Of a stretch of DNA of 64,000 bases, positions 50,736 to 60,608 are shown piece by piece. The notes below the pieces were generated by a model that was not told where the DNA came from, ran no database searches, and saw only the letters and a list, made by a program, of their open reading frames with translations. Origin of the DNA: Pelagomonas calceolata (Eukaryota); the NCBI GenBank assembly GCA_918797485.1, contig CAKKNE010000003.1, positions 2,790,001 to 2,854,000 on the forward strand, given 5' to 3'. A program made the position numbers and the translations under genes. The number at the start of each line of letters is the position of its first letter. The stretch's first letter is position 1.

Positions 50736-52220
50736 ATGATCACCAGGCGACTCTTGGTGATCGCGGCCACGGCCCGAGCCCTCCACGTCACACCACCCGG
50801 GGTGAGACGACGAACGAGACTCGCAGCGGCGACCGTCTCGACAACAACAGAACGGACCCTCGCCGTCGCGTCGAACCGAGGCGATTTGAGAGCGGCGGCG
50901 GAGCTTTGTGGTGTCGCGTTTCCGCCGGCGTCGGCGGACGAGCACTTTCGGGTGCTAAGCGACCCGGCCTGCCTCGCTAATGTTTTCTTTGATGTGCGCG
51001 GGAGGGCCTCCGTCGCGCTGCTCCGCGAGGACGGCCTGTCGATCGGCTGCGCCCAGGTCGTGCCTTGTGCTGTCCGGAAGGAGGCTTCTTCCTCTTCTAT
51101 AGGTAAACCGGTGCTCTGGGTCCAGTGCCTTTGTGTGACGCCGACCTCACGCCGTACTGGAGCCGCCAGAGCATTAATGGCCTGGGCCGAGCGCGAGGCG
51201 AGCAGTGCCGCCCAGGCGTCCGGGGTATCAGATGCGGAGATCTGGCTTGCCGTCCAGGAGGCCAATAATGCGGCTCGAAGTCTCTATGAAGGCCTCGGCT
51301 TTACGAATGACGAGGGCGGTTTGCGGCTAGGCCATGCCGTCATGCGGAAGAGCGTACCAGCCGCGGCTGCCGCTGTTACAGGGGACCCGCGCGGCCCCGC
51401 GGCCTCTTTTGACTTAGTGGCGGCCGAGACGCCATCATCAGGACCTCCCTTGGACAAGGCGCTCCAGGAGGCGGCGCCCGCCGGGTTGGTCGGCGTCGTC
51501 GCTTTGCTGGGTGCCTCGGCGTTGGTCGCGCCCTTCTGCTACGGCGGCCTCGGAGAACCGGCACCCTTGGCCATGTGGAAGTCGTGGATAGGCGGACCCT
51601 TCTCAATAATCTCCGACGTCGCTCTCGGGTTGGTGGTCGCCTGCGGCGCGGAATTAGCGAGGAAAACGCTGGCGAACGACGATGCTGACGACGACCCCGT
51701 TGCTGCTTTGGAACAGAACCCGTCGCTCGCGGGCCAAAAAGCCGCTCTGTGGCGCGTCACGGGCGCGGCGACGGCGTCGCCGGCGGATGCCGTCACGGCG
51801 ATTGCGGCCTGGCAGTTGCTGGTGGCGCTGTCCGAGGAGCTTTATTACCGAGGCTTGATCCAGAACGGCGCGTACCACGCCGTCGGCGCCGCTACTGGTA
51901 GTGGTCTTGTGGGCGACGCCGTGTCTCTCCTAGGAACGTCGGCCCTCTTCGCCGTGGCGCACGCGGGCTTCGTCCAGGACGTCGAGGACGGCGAGGGCGA
52001 GATGTCGCAGTCGGAAATCATTCAAGATTGGATCGTCGACGTCGCGCCCTTCGGCGCGATGCTCGCGTTAGAATTTGCTGTGACGGGTCACAGAATAGTG
52101 GCGCCGTTGGCGACGCACACGGCCCTGAACACGTACTGGTCCGCGCTCGACGCGGCGAAATTAAGGGCTGCCCCTGATAGGGAGCGGCTCGCGGCGCTGC
52201 TGGGGGAGGCTAAGTCGTGA
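50736..52220 (+). CDS. GNAT acetyltransferase fused to a CPBP/Abi (CAAX protease-like) domain
   Basis: LCVTPTSRRTGAARALM, NNAARSLYEGLGF; EELYYRG, LFAVAH, PLATHTALN. Confidence 0.8.
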   Translation: MITRRLLVIAATARALHVTPPGVRRRTRLAAATVSTTTERTLAVASNRGDLRAAAELCGVAFPPASADEHFRVLSDPACLANVFFDVRGRASVALLREDGLSIGCAQVVPCAVRKEASSSSIGKPVLWVQCLCVTPTSRRTGAARALMAWAEREASSAAQASGVSDAEIWLAVQEANNAARSLYEGLGFTNDEGGLRLGHAVMRKSVPAAAAAVTGDPRGPAASFDLVAAETPSSGPPLDKALQEAAPAGLVGVVALLGASALVAPFCYGGLGEPAPLAMWKSWIGGPFSIISDVALGLVVACGAELARKTLANDDADDDPVAALEQNPSLAGQKAALWRVTGAATASPADAVTAIAAWQLLVALSEELYYRGLIQNGAYHAVGAATGSGLVGDAVSLLGTSALFAVAHAGFVQDVEDGEGEMSQSEIIQDWIVDVAPFGAMLALEFAVTGHRIVAPLATHTALNTYWSALDAAKLRAAPDRERLAALLGEAKS

Positions 52221-52235
52221 GTCACACAGTTATAC

Positions 52236-53162
52236 TTAGGCGTCATCAGACTCGTACCCGACCTCGACGACGCCGATGTGTGCCTCGCCGTCGTGGAAGT
52301 TGTAGATTTTCACGACTTCGAGGTCACCCGCACGGCACGGGATTAAGGTAGTAGCCAAGGGAAGCTGGCCGAGCGGGGTGACATTGACCGCGGCGGTCAT
52401 AAGCTCATCGTCGCCCTTTTCGGAAAACGATGCTGTGACCTCGTAGCAGACGCCTGGTTCAACCGTGCACAATTCTGTGCACTCGTTAGTCCATTCCCCG
52501 CTTTCATCCTGCTGGGTTGCGATCCATTTCAGCGTCCCCACGCGATCCTCTGGTTCAATTTCTTGCACATCGATGTCCTCTCCCCTATAGCAGCCGTAGA
52601 TACCGCCAATGGCCTCGCAGCCCTCGTTTCTATTTGGGTCGCGGCAAAGCCAGATGTACCCGGAAGCGCCAGACGCGGCACCGTTTGGAAATGTAACTTG
52701 AGCGCGAAAGCTTTTCACGGCTAGCGATCTGCCAGCAGAGCGAGGGAAATGGTGAAAGAGCCCGGTGTGATCTTCGTTGGTACCACGCAGGCGTAGGTGC
52801 GGCGGCGATCCTACTGTGTCTGCCCTGAGGCCCTCTCCATCGGCCCTGAGCCACCGCGCTAATCCTCCGTCCCACGTCTCGCGGAAGATATTGTGTTCCG
52901 GGCTTGCCTCGCGCAGCACGTCCAGAAATGCGTCCTGGGCCCGGTCGAGCACCTTGAGCCGCCGCGCCGCCGTAAAGAGGACTAATGGTTGCGCGGCGCG
53001 GAATGATTTTGAAATGACGGGCAGCCTCGATAGATTGGTGCCAGGTAGAAACGCGACGACGCTGTCCGCTAAATCGTTCTGTCTCCACAGCGAGACAAGC
53101 GGCGGTCGATACGGCACGCTCGCGCGCTTTGGAGCTGGAGCAGCGGCTGGATCTGTGGACAT
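52236..53162 (-). CDS. F-box-like hypothetical protein
   Basis: DSVVAFLPGTNLSRLPVISKSF; 308-aa ATG ORF. Confidence 0.55.
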   Translation of the reverse strand: MSTDPAAAPAPKRASVPYRPPLVSLWRQNDLADSVVAFLPGTNLSRLPVISKSFRAAQPLVLFTAARRLKVLDRAQDAFLDVLREASPEHNIFRETWDGGLARWLRADGEGLRADTVGSPPHLRLRGTNEDHTGLFHHFPRSAGRSLAVKSFRAQVTFPNGAASGASGYIWLCRDPNRNEGCEAIGGIYGCYRGEDIDVQEIEPEDRVGTLKWIATQQDESGEWTNECTELCTVEPGVCYEVTASFSEKGDDELMTAAVNVTPLGQLPLATTLIPCRAGDLEVVKIYNFHDGEAHIGVVEVGYESDDA

Positions 53163-53386
53163 CTTGTTGCAAAAGAGCGCCGCGTTTGAGCTGGTGTTAG
53201 ATGACCCGCAGCAGGGCTACGCGGCTCCAGGCCCCATAGACGTTTTTTTCGCCTGTTCGACAAATGCGCGTCGTTTGGGCCGATATCAGCGCCCTGGCAC
53301 GAAACCCGATTTGAAAACACCAACACGCCTCACGCCATCGCCGCGCCCCCACCCCCCAACGACGTAAGACTACATACGAACGACAC

Positions 53387-53599
53387 TTACTTGACGTCCT
53401 TGCGCTGCAGCCCCGGCGGCAGCGACTGCTCGAGCTTCGCGGCCTTCTCGCCGTCCTGCACCCGTAAAGTATAAAGGTAGCGGCTGCAGCGGATCTTGAA
53501 CTTCGTCATGCCCCGCGTCGTCTTGATGGTCACGGCCTTCGCATCTCGTCGGCGCGCCTTCTGGAGGAAGTCGCGGATGTCGGTGATTTCCTTGGGCAT
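53387..53599 (-). CDS. RPL38: 60S ribosomal protein L38
   Basis: [38 protein letters not shown]. Confidence 0.97.
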   Translation of the reverse strand: MPKEITDIRDFLQKARRRDAKAVTIKTTRGMTKFKIRCSRYLYTLRVQDGEKAAKLEQSLPPGLQRKDVK

Positions 53600-54218
53600 C
53601 TTTGGAACAGCTTTTCTATGACCTGCGACGGTGGCGGGTGACGGCGCGGTTGCCTCTCGTCAGTCTCTCCGCTCGTCTCTCTCGTGGCGGCGGCGCCCGG
53701 GGGGCGCCTCGAGAGCGGCCGGTGGCGGCGGAGCGCCAGCAGTTCGCTTGGAGTGCTGGCGGCCGCAGTGGTGGCCGCGCAGGCCTCGGAGGAGGTCTGT
53801 GGTGCCAGCGGGTGCGCAGCGGCCGCAGCAGCGGTGCAAATGCCGCTTGCTGCTAGTCCCTCGCTTACGGCGCCACAGGCGTCTCAGCGAGCAGCGTGAA
53901 GCGCTGCAGCTTGCCGTCGCGGTTAAAGCAGTCTCTCTCGCCAGTTCTTTTGGTCCCACACTGCGTCGCACGTCTCCTATTTCAGCCTCGCCGTCCACAG
54001 CACGCAAAAAGGGCGACTCGAGCCTGGACCGCGCACCCGTCCCGCCGCAAACGCGCCTTCCCAGCACTCAATGGAGTAGTCTGGAGGCGCAGGGCTCTGC
54101 CCGGTCAACAGGAGAGCCAAAATGCGCATCGGCCGCGCGCCGGCAACACAGAAACGTCCGAAAGCCGCCCACGCCGTCGCCGCGACGACTCTGAACAAAC
54201 AACTTACAAACAAGGGGG

Positions 54219-55138
54219 CTAGGAGAAGTCCACCCGCGCGAACCGCTCCTTCCCCGCCAAATCAACGAAGCTTTCGCACGCGAAAGACGGCTTCAGCAGC
54301 GCCGGCCCCGTCTCATCCAATTCGAGCCACACGCCCTTGCGATCCCCCCGCAAGACCAAGGGCGCCCGTGCCAACAACTGACGCGCGACCACCAAACCGT
54401 CGGCACCACCATCTAAAGCTCGCGGGTCCTCAAAGTCAACGACCTCGGCGTCCAAGCCTCGGAGATCCTGAGACGGGATGTAGGGCGGGTTTGATACAAT
54501 AAAGTCGAAGGCGCCCTCCAGCTGATCGGCCGATTGGCGCGACGCGTCGTATACGGATGAAAGGCCCAATTTTTTAGCGTTCCGTTTTGACAGGGAGACG
54601 GCCTCTTGTGAAATATCAATAGCGGTACAGGAAGAGCCTTCCGGCAGCTTGTTTAGTAAAGCCAGTCCGAGGCACCCGCTTCCGCAGCCGACATCCGCGA
54701 AATGTGCCGTAGACGAACCCCACCAGTCCAGCACCAAATCCACCAACTCCTCGGTCTCGGGCCTGCGGCGGCGAAGCGTCGACGGCGTTTCAGTGGACGC
54801 GCTCACCTCGGGATCAGCGTCGGCGGCTCCAACTCGAGTTCGACGTCGTGGAAGGCCCACGTGCCCACGATGTACTGGACGGGCTCCCTCGTTAATCGCC
54901 TTTCAATAAATGCGGAGAACTGTGCTTGTTCTGATGCGTCGAGGTCTCGCTTCGTCGCGATCGCGCGTGTCACCGAATTCCGGTCCGACTCGCCTAGGGC
55001 GTGGACCAGCAGCCACTCGGCCGAGGCCTGGGCCTCCGGGACCTTGGCCTTATGCAACGCGGCGACGGCGTCGCGCAGGGCGGTCCGCACCGCTACGGAC
55101 GAGGCGTGGCGGAGTAACATTGCCAGAACGAGGCGCAT
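54219..55138 (-). CDS. hemK: HemK/PrmC release-factor glutamine methyltransferase; 44-nt intron 54763-54806
   Basis: REPVQYIVG..TLIPR|PETEELV, DVGCGSG, IVSNPPYI, ALDGGADGL; GTGAG..CAG intron restores the frame. Confidence 0.9.
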
Positions 55139-55373
55139 CGATGCGGTCGTCAGTCGGTGGATCCAAGGCTACTCTTCGCACCCTCCGGCGACCGCTGCCG
55201 TACGCGTAGAGGCCAGCTGCAGTGATGAGAGTGCTGCACTGCCGCAATTTCTGCGAGAGTTATGCGCTGCGGCCGCGTCCAGCGACTGTAGCCGATACGT
55301 ATAGGTAGCTAGACTCAGATGCAGCCCGCAGCTATCCACGGGCGGCACTCTGCCGAGTTCAAGGCAATAATGC

Positions 55374-55399
55374 AGCTAGCGGCCGTGAGACACACTAGC
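55374..55399. promoter_or_regulatory. CTAG-box intergenic motif
   Basis: agctagcggccgtgagacacactagc. Confidence 0.68.
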
Positions 55400-55677
55400 C
55401 AGCTCGGCCAACGTAGAGCTACGCCCGACCGGCGGCGCTGGGCCGACCTGTTATTTGTTTCGGAGTTGTTTGAGCTTGTATCAAAGCCACCTGCCGCGTG
55501 CCGAAGCGCCACAGCGCACCGCCCGCCGCATACAAGACTGCCTACTGAGCAGGCGACACAGCACGCGAGGCGAGCGCGCGCGAGCATATATACGGGACGC
55601 CCGACGCCCGTCGACGCCGCACGTAACGCGTAACTAAGCACCGGTAAAAAGCGACGCGCGCCGGCGGACACAACACC

Positions 55678-57081
55678 ATGCTCGACGCCGCGCGGCGATT
55701 AGTGGAAGCGGTCGCGGACGCAGCAACAACCGACACACATAACCCGACGAAGGAATTAGCAAGGAAGTTGGGGGGCGGCAATCTAGGCGACGAGCTCAGA
55801 GTATTAGCCTCGAACTTTCTACTGTATGTTACATTAGTGATCGCGTGCGCCGGCCTGCAGCACTACTACTTCCCCGACTCCATAGCAAGGGCCCACGTCG
55901 TGCCGGAGACGGAGACGGCTGATGATAATGACGAAGAGCCGTTAGTGGATGAGCAGGGCGCCGGCCCGCCGTCACCCTTAGCGAGGAGGTCCTCGACGGA
56001 AGCAATAGCGTCTTTGTTTGATGATACCAAATTCAACCAAGAACACGCCACGAAGAAGGAGGTTCTTACACGATTGGGCGTTTGTGTGGCTGGTCTACTC
56101 ATCTCCTTTCTCGTGTGGGGCGTCTTGCAGGAGCGGATGCTGACCAAACCGTATGATGGGGACTACTTCACGTCGTCCTATGGCTTGGTCTTCTTGAATA
56201 GGTTGGGAGGCTTCCTCATCTCAGGAGCGATGCTCTATGTATTTTCTCCACCAGGGCATAACGCGATCGCGTATAGATTTGCCTTCCCATCAGTATCCAA
56301 CATGTTGTCGTCCTGGTGCCAGTACGAGGCCCTGAAATACGTGTCGTTCCCGACCCAGATGCTCTTCAAATGCTTCAAATTGTTTCCCATAATGGCCATG
56401 GGTAAATTGCTGGGCAACAAGAATTACCCGTCCTACGACTACGGCGTCGCTGCGGCCATTGGTGTTGGGATTGCGGTCTTCAGTGTAGCGACGGAAGACC
56501 TGGAGATCGGCCAGGACGCGATAGGAGAGATAGAAAATGTGGGAGGCACGGTCTGCGGCATCGTCCTACTGTTATTCTTCTTGGTCTTCGACTCGTTTAC
56601 GGGCCAGTACCAAGCGCGATTGTTCAACGAACACCCCGACATCTCGCCCTATCACATGATGTTCATGGTGAACACGTTTAGCATGGTCTTCTCCCTGATC
56701 ACGCTAGTGCATACGCACGAGCTCGAGTCTGCCGTAGATTTCGTGGTCACGCACCCGGCGATGCACATCCACCTCGTAGTTTTTTCATTGTGTAGCACGG
56801 TGGGCCAGCTCTTCATCTTCAAAACCATCAAGGCCTTTGGACCCGTCGTTTTCGCCATATGCATGAACACTCGTATAATAGCATCTATATTGCTATCAGC
56901 GGTGGTCTATTCCCATGACATCTCGATCACAGGCTTCATGGGTTTGGTGATCGTGTTCGGAGCAATAGCATACAGAATCAAACGCAAGATGGGCAACCAA
57001 GCGCTCGTCACGTGGGCGGAGCCGGACGATACCAAAAGCATGGACGTGTTCCACGAGTGGCACGAGCACTGCGACATGTAG
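55678..57081 (+). CDS. SLC35B2: UAA-family nucleotide-sugar transporter, PAPS transporter (SLC35B2)-like
   Basis: WGVLQERM, SNMLSSWCQYEALKYVSFPTQ, FDSFTGQYQ, GQLFIFKTIKAFGPVVF. Confidence 0.82.
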   Translation: MLDAARRLVEAVADAATTDTHNPTKELARKLGGGNLGDELRVLASNFLLYVTLVIACAGLQHYYFPDSIARAHVVPETETADDNDEEPLVDEQGAGPPSPLARRSSTEAIASLFDDTKFNQEHATKKEVLTRLGVCVAGLLISFLVWGVLQERMLTKPYDGDYFTSSYGLVFLNRLGGFLISGAMLYVFSPPGHNAIAYRFAFPSVSNMLSSWCQYEALKYVSFPTQMLFKCFKLFPIMAMGKLLGNKNYPSYDYGVAAAIGVGIAVFSVATEDLEIGQDAIGEIENVGGTVCGIVLLLFFLVFDSFTGQYQARLFNEHPDISPYHMMFMVNTFSMVFSLITLVHTHELESAVDFVVTHPAMHIHLVVFSLCSTVGQLFIFKTIKAFGPVVFAICMNTRIIASILLSAVVYSHDISITGFMGLVIVFGAIAYRIKRKMGNQALVTWAEPDDTKSMDVFHEWHEHCDM

Positions 57082-57243
57082 TCTTCGGCGCGTAAGGATG
57101 TGAGTATATGACTCCTTTCGCTCGCGGTGTTTTTGTCGCGGTGCTAGGACTAGCGGCCGGCGCGGCGACGGCGTCGACCTGAAACCCGTCGGGCGGCCAT
57201 CTGTCAGTTTGAGGGTGTACGCTCCGGGGCGCGGCTTCCAGTC

Positions 57244-57267
57244 AGCTAGCGGCTGTAAGACACTAGC
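57244..57267. promoter_or_regulatory. CTAG-box intergenic motif (consensus copy)
   Basis: agctagcggctgtaagacactagc, identical to the 60609 copy. Confidence 0.78.
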
Positions 57268-57465
57268 AAGCCAGCAAGCCCAATTTTGCTAGGCTGCTGT
57301 GGCCCGCGTCGTGGCATTTGGCAGCGTGAATTGCACGTGGTAGATCAATACCTGCTGTGCATTCATCAATTACGCCACGACACTGCAGTTTAAAGCACCG
57401 TAATTGCTCCACAAGCTGCATCGGTGATCCGTAATTTTTTCAGCGGAGCGTCAGCAGAGGCTACA

Positions 57466-59253
57466 ATGCGCGCCCCCACGACGCTAGGACTCGCTGCGCT
57501 GCTGCTCCTGGCGCTGGGCGGCCTCTACCTCTCGCACGTGTCGCTCGCGGCCGACCCCGCACACCACGCGCCGCAGGGCGACCTCCTCGCGCGCCTGCGG
57601 GCTACGGAGCAGCGCGCGGCCGCAGCTGAAAAACTCGCGGCCGACGCCATCGCGCACGCGCGCGAGATGCGCCTCGCGCGCGACGCGGCCGCCGCCGGGC
57701 GGCCCGCGCCCCAGGCGCCTGTCGTCGCCGCATCAACGCATCGGGACGCGCCGCCCGCGGCACAAAGCGTCGAGGCGGCCATCGAGTCCTGGCTCGCCGC
57801 GCCGCCCTCCTTACCGGCGCCGCCGGCCGCGCCGCCTAAACGGACGCCGGGCCCGCTCTCTACCTATGAGCCGCCGGCGCCGCCCAAACGCGTTCATGAC
57901 GGCGGCGCATCGACAGAGAAGAAGTTGACAATAGCGCAAAGCCTCGGCCGCAAGCGCGAGACCATCGCCGACCGCGTCACGCACACACCACCCGCAAAAA
58001 AAGGACCAGTGAGCCCGTACAACCCGGTTAAGCCCTACCCTGGAAGCTTGGACGTGTGCTACGACCACGAGGGTGAATCTGAGAGAGTCTGCGTCTCCCC
58101 GGAGATCCAGTTCCGCACGCGCAGCAAGGTCCACTGGATTCCCGCGGACCCGTCCAAGCCCGGTTGGCGCTTCCATTTACTCGTTGAAGATGGGTTTGCG
58201 AAGCACCCTTTTATTGAACCTGTTATGGATGCAACAGGGGCGGACTTCGTTTTATACTTACCGGTCTCGACGCGGACGCCTCCTTCGTGGATCAGAGACA
58301 AGAAGGAACAACGACAATTAATCGTGCTAGACGAGGGCGACGGCGCCGGCTATTTTCCCGCCGTGAAGCAAGATGATTACTTGGCGTATTTCAAAAGATC
58401 CTGGGTGTCGAAGCGAGATGGCGCGTATACCGGGCACGGTCGACGGTACCAGCGGCACTACTACCCGTTAGCTTACTCCATTGCCGATTCCTACTTTGAT
58501 GCGGCGAACATGGGCAAAATGGCAAGAACCATCGACATCTTGTGTAGCAACCGGCCCCACGAGCGCCAGCCGACTAGATCACGAATCGTGAGCTGGATCC
58601 ACGACTACCTCGAGAAGCATGCCGACGTGAAGGGTATTGCTGGAGATGTGAATAGCGGCGGTCGCAGAGAAATCAACGAGGTCTACTTCAATTCGATGCG
58701 GAGGGCGAAGATCGTCGTGACGTGTAATCCGAGCCATTGGGAGGGCGACTTCCGGACGTTCGAGGCGCTGGCTTCCGGTGCTTTGGTGTTCGTCGACGAG
58801 ATGTACACGCCGCACCCGCGACCGTTTGTGGATGGGGAGCACGTCGTTGTTTACGACAACTCGGATCCGGACGCGTTCTTCCAGAAGCTGGACTATTATC
58901 TTTCTCATCCTCAAGAGGCGCAGAAGCTCGCCGCGGCTGGCTTGAGACATGCTCTTCGCTATCACAGAGCCGTGTCGCGGCTGGACTTTGTGTTGCGGAG
59001 CGCGCACGAGCTGCGAGCGGAGGAGTCGTCATATACTTACACTGCTCAACAAATAAAGGACGACGTCAAGGCTACCACGCAAGTAGAACCTATCGTCGAT
59101 ATCGGCGGCGCTTATCGGGATGTCAAGTCCGTGAGTGCGACCGCGAACGTGGGGCGGAGGAAGAAGCCGGCGCCGCTGTCGAAGGACGACATCCAGCGGC
59201 TCGTGCAGCAGAACCGGGCCCACCGGAAGAGCCTCGGGTTCAAGCGCCGTTAG
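57466..59253 (+). CDS. Type II membrane glycosyltransferase (Glyco_trans_1_2/CgeB-like GT-B domain)
   Basis: N-terminal anchor and Pro-rich stem; AKIVVTCNP..WEGDFRTFEALASGALVFVD..KLDYYL. Confidence 0.78.
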   Translation: MRAPTTLGLAALLLLALGGLYLSHVSLAADPAHHAPQGDLLARLRATEQRAAAAEKLAADAIAHAREMRLARDAAAAGRPAPQAPVVAASTHRDAPPAAQSVEAAIESWLAAPPSLPAPPAAPPKRTPGPLSTYEPPAPPKRVHDGGASTEKKLTIAQSLGRKRETIADRVTHTPPAKKGPVSPYNPVKPYPGSLDVCYDHEGESERVCVSPEIQFRTRSKVHWIPADPSKPGWRFHLLVEDGFAKHPFIEPVMDATGADFVLYLPVSTRTPPSWIRDKKEQRQLIVLDEGDGAGYFPAVKQDDYLAYFKRSWVSKRDGAYTGHGRRYQRHYYPLAYSIADSYFDAANMGKMARTIDILCSNRPHERQPTRSRIVSWIHDYLEKHADVKGIAGDVNSGGRREINEVYFNSMRRAKIVVTCNPSHWEGDFRTFEALASGALVFVDEMYTPHPRPFVDGEHVVVYDNSDPDAFFQKLDYYLSHPQEAQKLAAAGLRHALRYHRAVSRLDFVLRSAHELRAEESSYTYTAQQIKDDVKATTQVEPIVDIGGAYRDVKSVSATANVGRRKKPAPLSKDDIQRLVQQNRAHRKSLGFKRR

Positions 59254-59495
59254 AGGTAATGTGTGTCGTTTGTTGAGTATGTGTCCCCTACACCCAAAAA
59301 CCCGTTTTGCCACGGCCCGACCGCGTCGTCCGCGGTCCGGCGCGTCTCGCGTCGGCTTGCCACCCTTGATTCTGCGAGCACGCCTCGTCGTCGTCTCGAC
59401 GCGCTGGCATAGTTACATCTCTTGTAACTCAAATCACTGAAATCAGCTTGCTTAAGTTGGTTTCACTCCTCTCGTTATCGCACACGTGGACAGGG

Positions 59496-60579
59496 ATGCG
59501 GGCGCTCGCCGTCCTGGCCTTCGCGGCGGCGTGCCCGCGCGCCGCAGCGCTGGTCGTGTACTACAACGTTTTCAGCAAGAACGTCGCGACGGCCGTCGAG
59601 ATCGTCTACGAGCAGCTCACGGAGCTGAGAGCGGCGCCCATCTGGGACGATGTGGAAGAAATCCGCTACAGCACGATCGGCAAGGGCAAGATGCGAAACC
59701 ACGTCGAGAGGATCTGCCGCGAGGTCAACGCGACGACGTGTCGACGCCTCGGGAGCCACAAAACGGGCCACGAGGAGCGGACGCTGACGCCTCTCCACGC
59801 GTTCTGCACGAAGAACCCTGAGGCGTCGGTCGCTTACTGTGTGGAAATCAAAATTCAGACGCCCCACGCCACCGACGCGATGCAACCTAACTCACTGGTT
59901 GATTTCCACACAGGTCGCTTACCTGCACGACAAGGGCTCCTTTCGGAACGTCTTCAATCGCTCGGTCCGCGGGCGCCAGAAACGGCTCCGCCAGGCGTTG
60001 TTGCGCGGCCTCGGCAGCGTCGGCTGCCTCGCGGCGATCACGAAGGGCGACGCCTGCGACGTCTGCTCGACGCACTTCACGGCGCTCCCGCACCAGCACA
60101 CGAAGGGCAACATGTGGCTCGCCTCGTGCCGCTACGTCGCCACGCTCCTGGCGCCACCGTCGTTCCAGAAGGGCATGGACGCGTATTGGGGGCGGCTCGG
60201 CTTCGACAAGGGCGGCACGCTGCTGGGGACGCCCTGGGTCGGCACGGGACGGTACGCCATGGAGCACTGGGTCCACTCGCATCCGTCCGTGCGACCGTGC
60301 GACGTCTCCGAGAAGCCCCTGGAGACGCTCGAGGACATGATCCAGCTCGCGTCGGGCGGCTGGGACTCGTCCGTCGCGACGGCGGCGCCGCGCGTCGACG
60401 CGACACATCCGGGCGCCGGCGAGGCGCTCGGCGAGCGCATCCGCGGCCCGATCCCGAAGAACAAACGGAACTTCAGTACGATCGTGGGCGAGTGGCAAAC
60501 GCTGTATGGAGAGGTGCCCCCCGAGTCGTCGCTCCTGTTGCGGAAGTACCGGCAGATGTACGGCGTGCCTGCCCGATAG
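59496..60579 (+). CDS. Secreted protein, putative glycosyltransferase-like; 2 exons (59496-59828, 59914-60579)
   Basis: Signal peptide; after splicing VAYLHDKGS, GNMWLASCRYV, GRYAMEHWVHSHP. Confidence 0.65.
59837..59913 (+). mobile_element. Minimal 77-bp introner element forming a GT-AG intron 59829-59913
   Basis: Perfect 15-bp TIR ctgtgtggaaatcaa / ttgatttccacacag; perfect 8-bp TSD gtcgctta. Confidence 0.92.
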
Positions 60580-60608
60580 GCCGCGACTAACTTGTACACG
60601 TTCCTAGC

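Noticed and set aside
53851..53875. gctagtccctcgcttacgg upstream of RPL38 as a CTAG-box
   Set aside because: Second half-site missing; too weak to call
59411..59429. 7-bp palindrome agttaca-N5-tgtaact in a tandem interval lacking the box
   Set aside because: Short and single; compatible with chance
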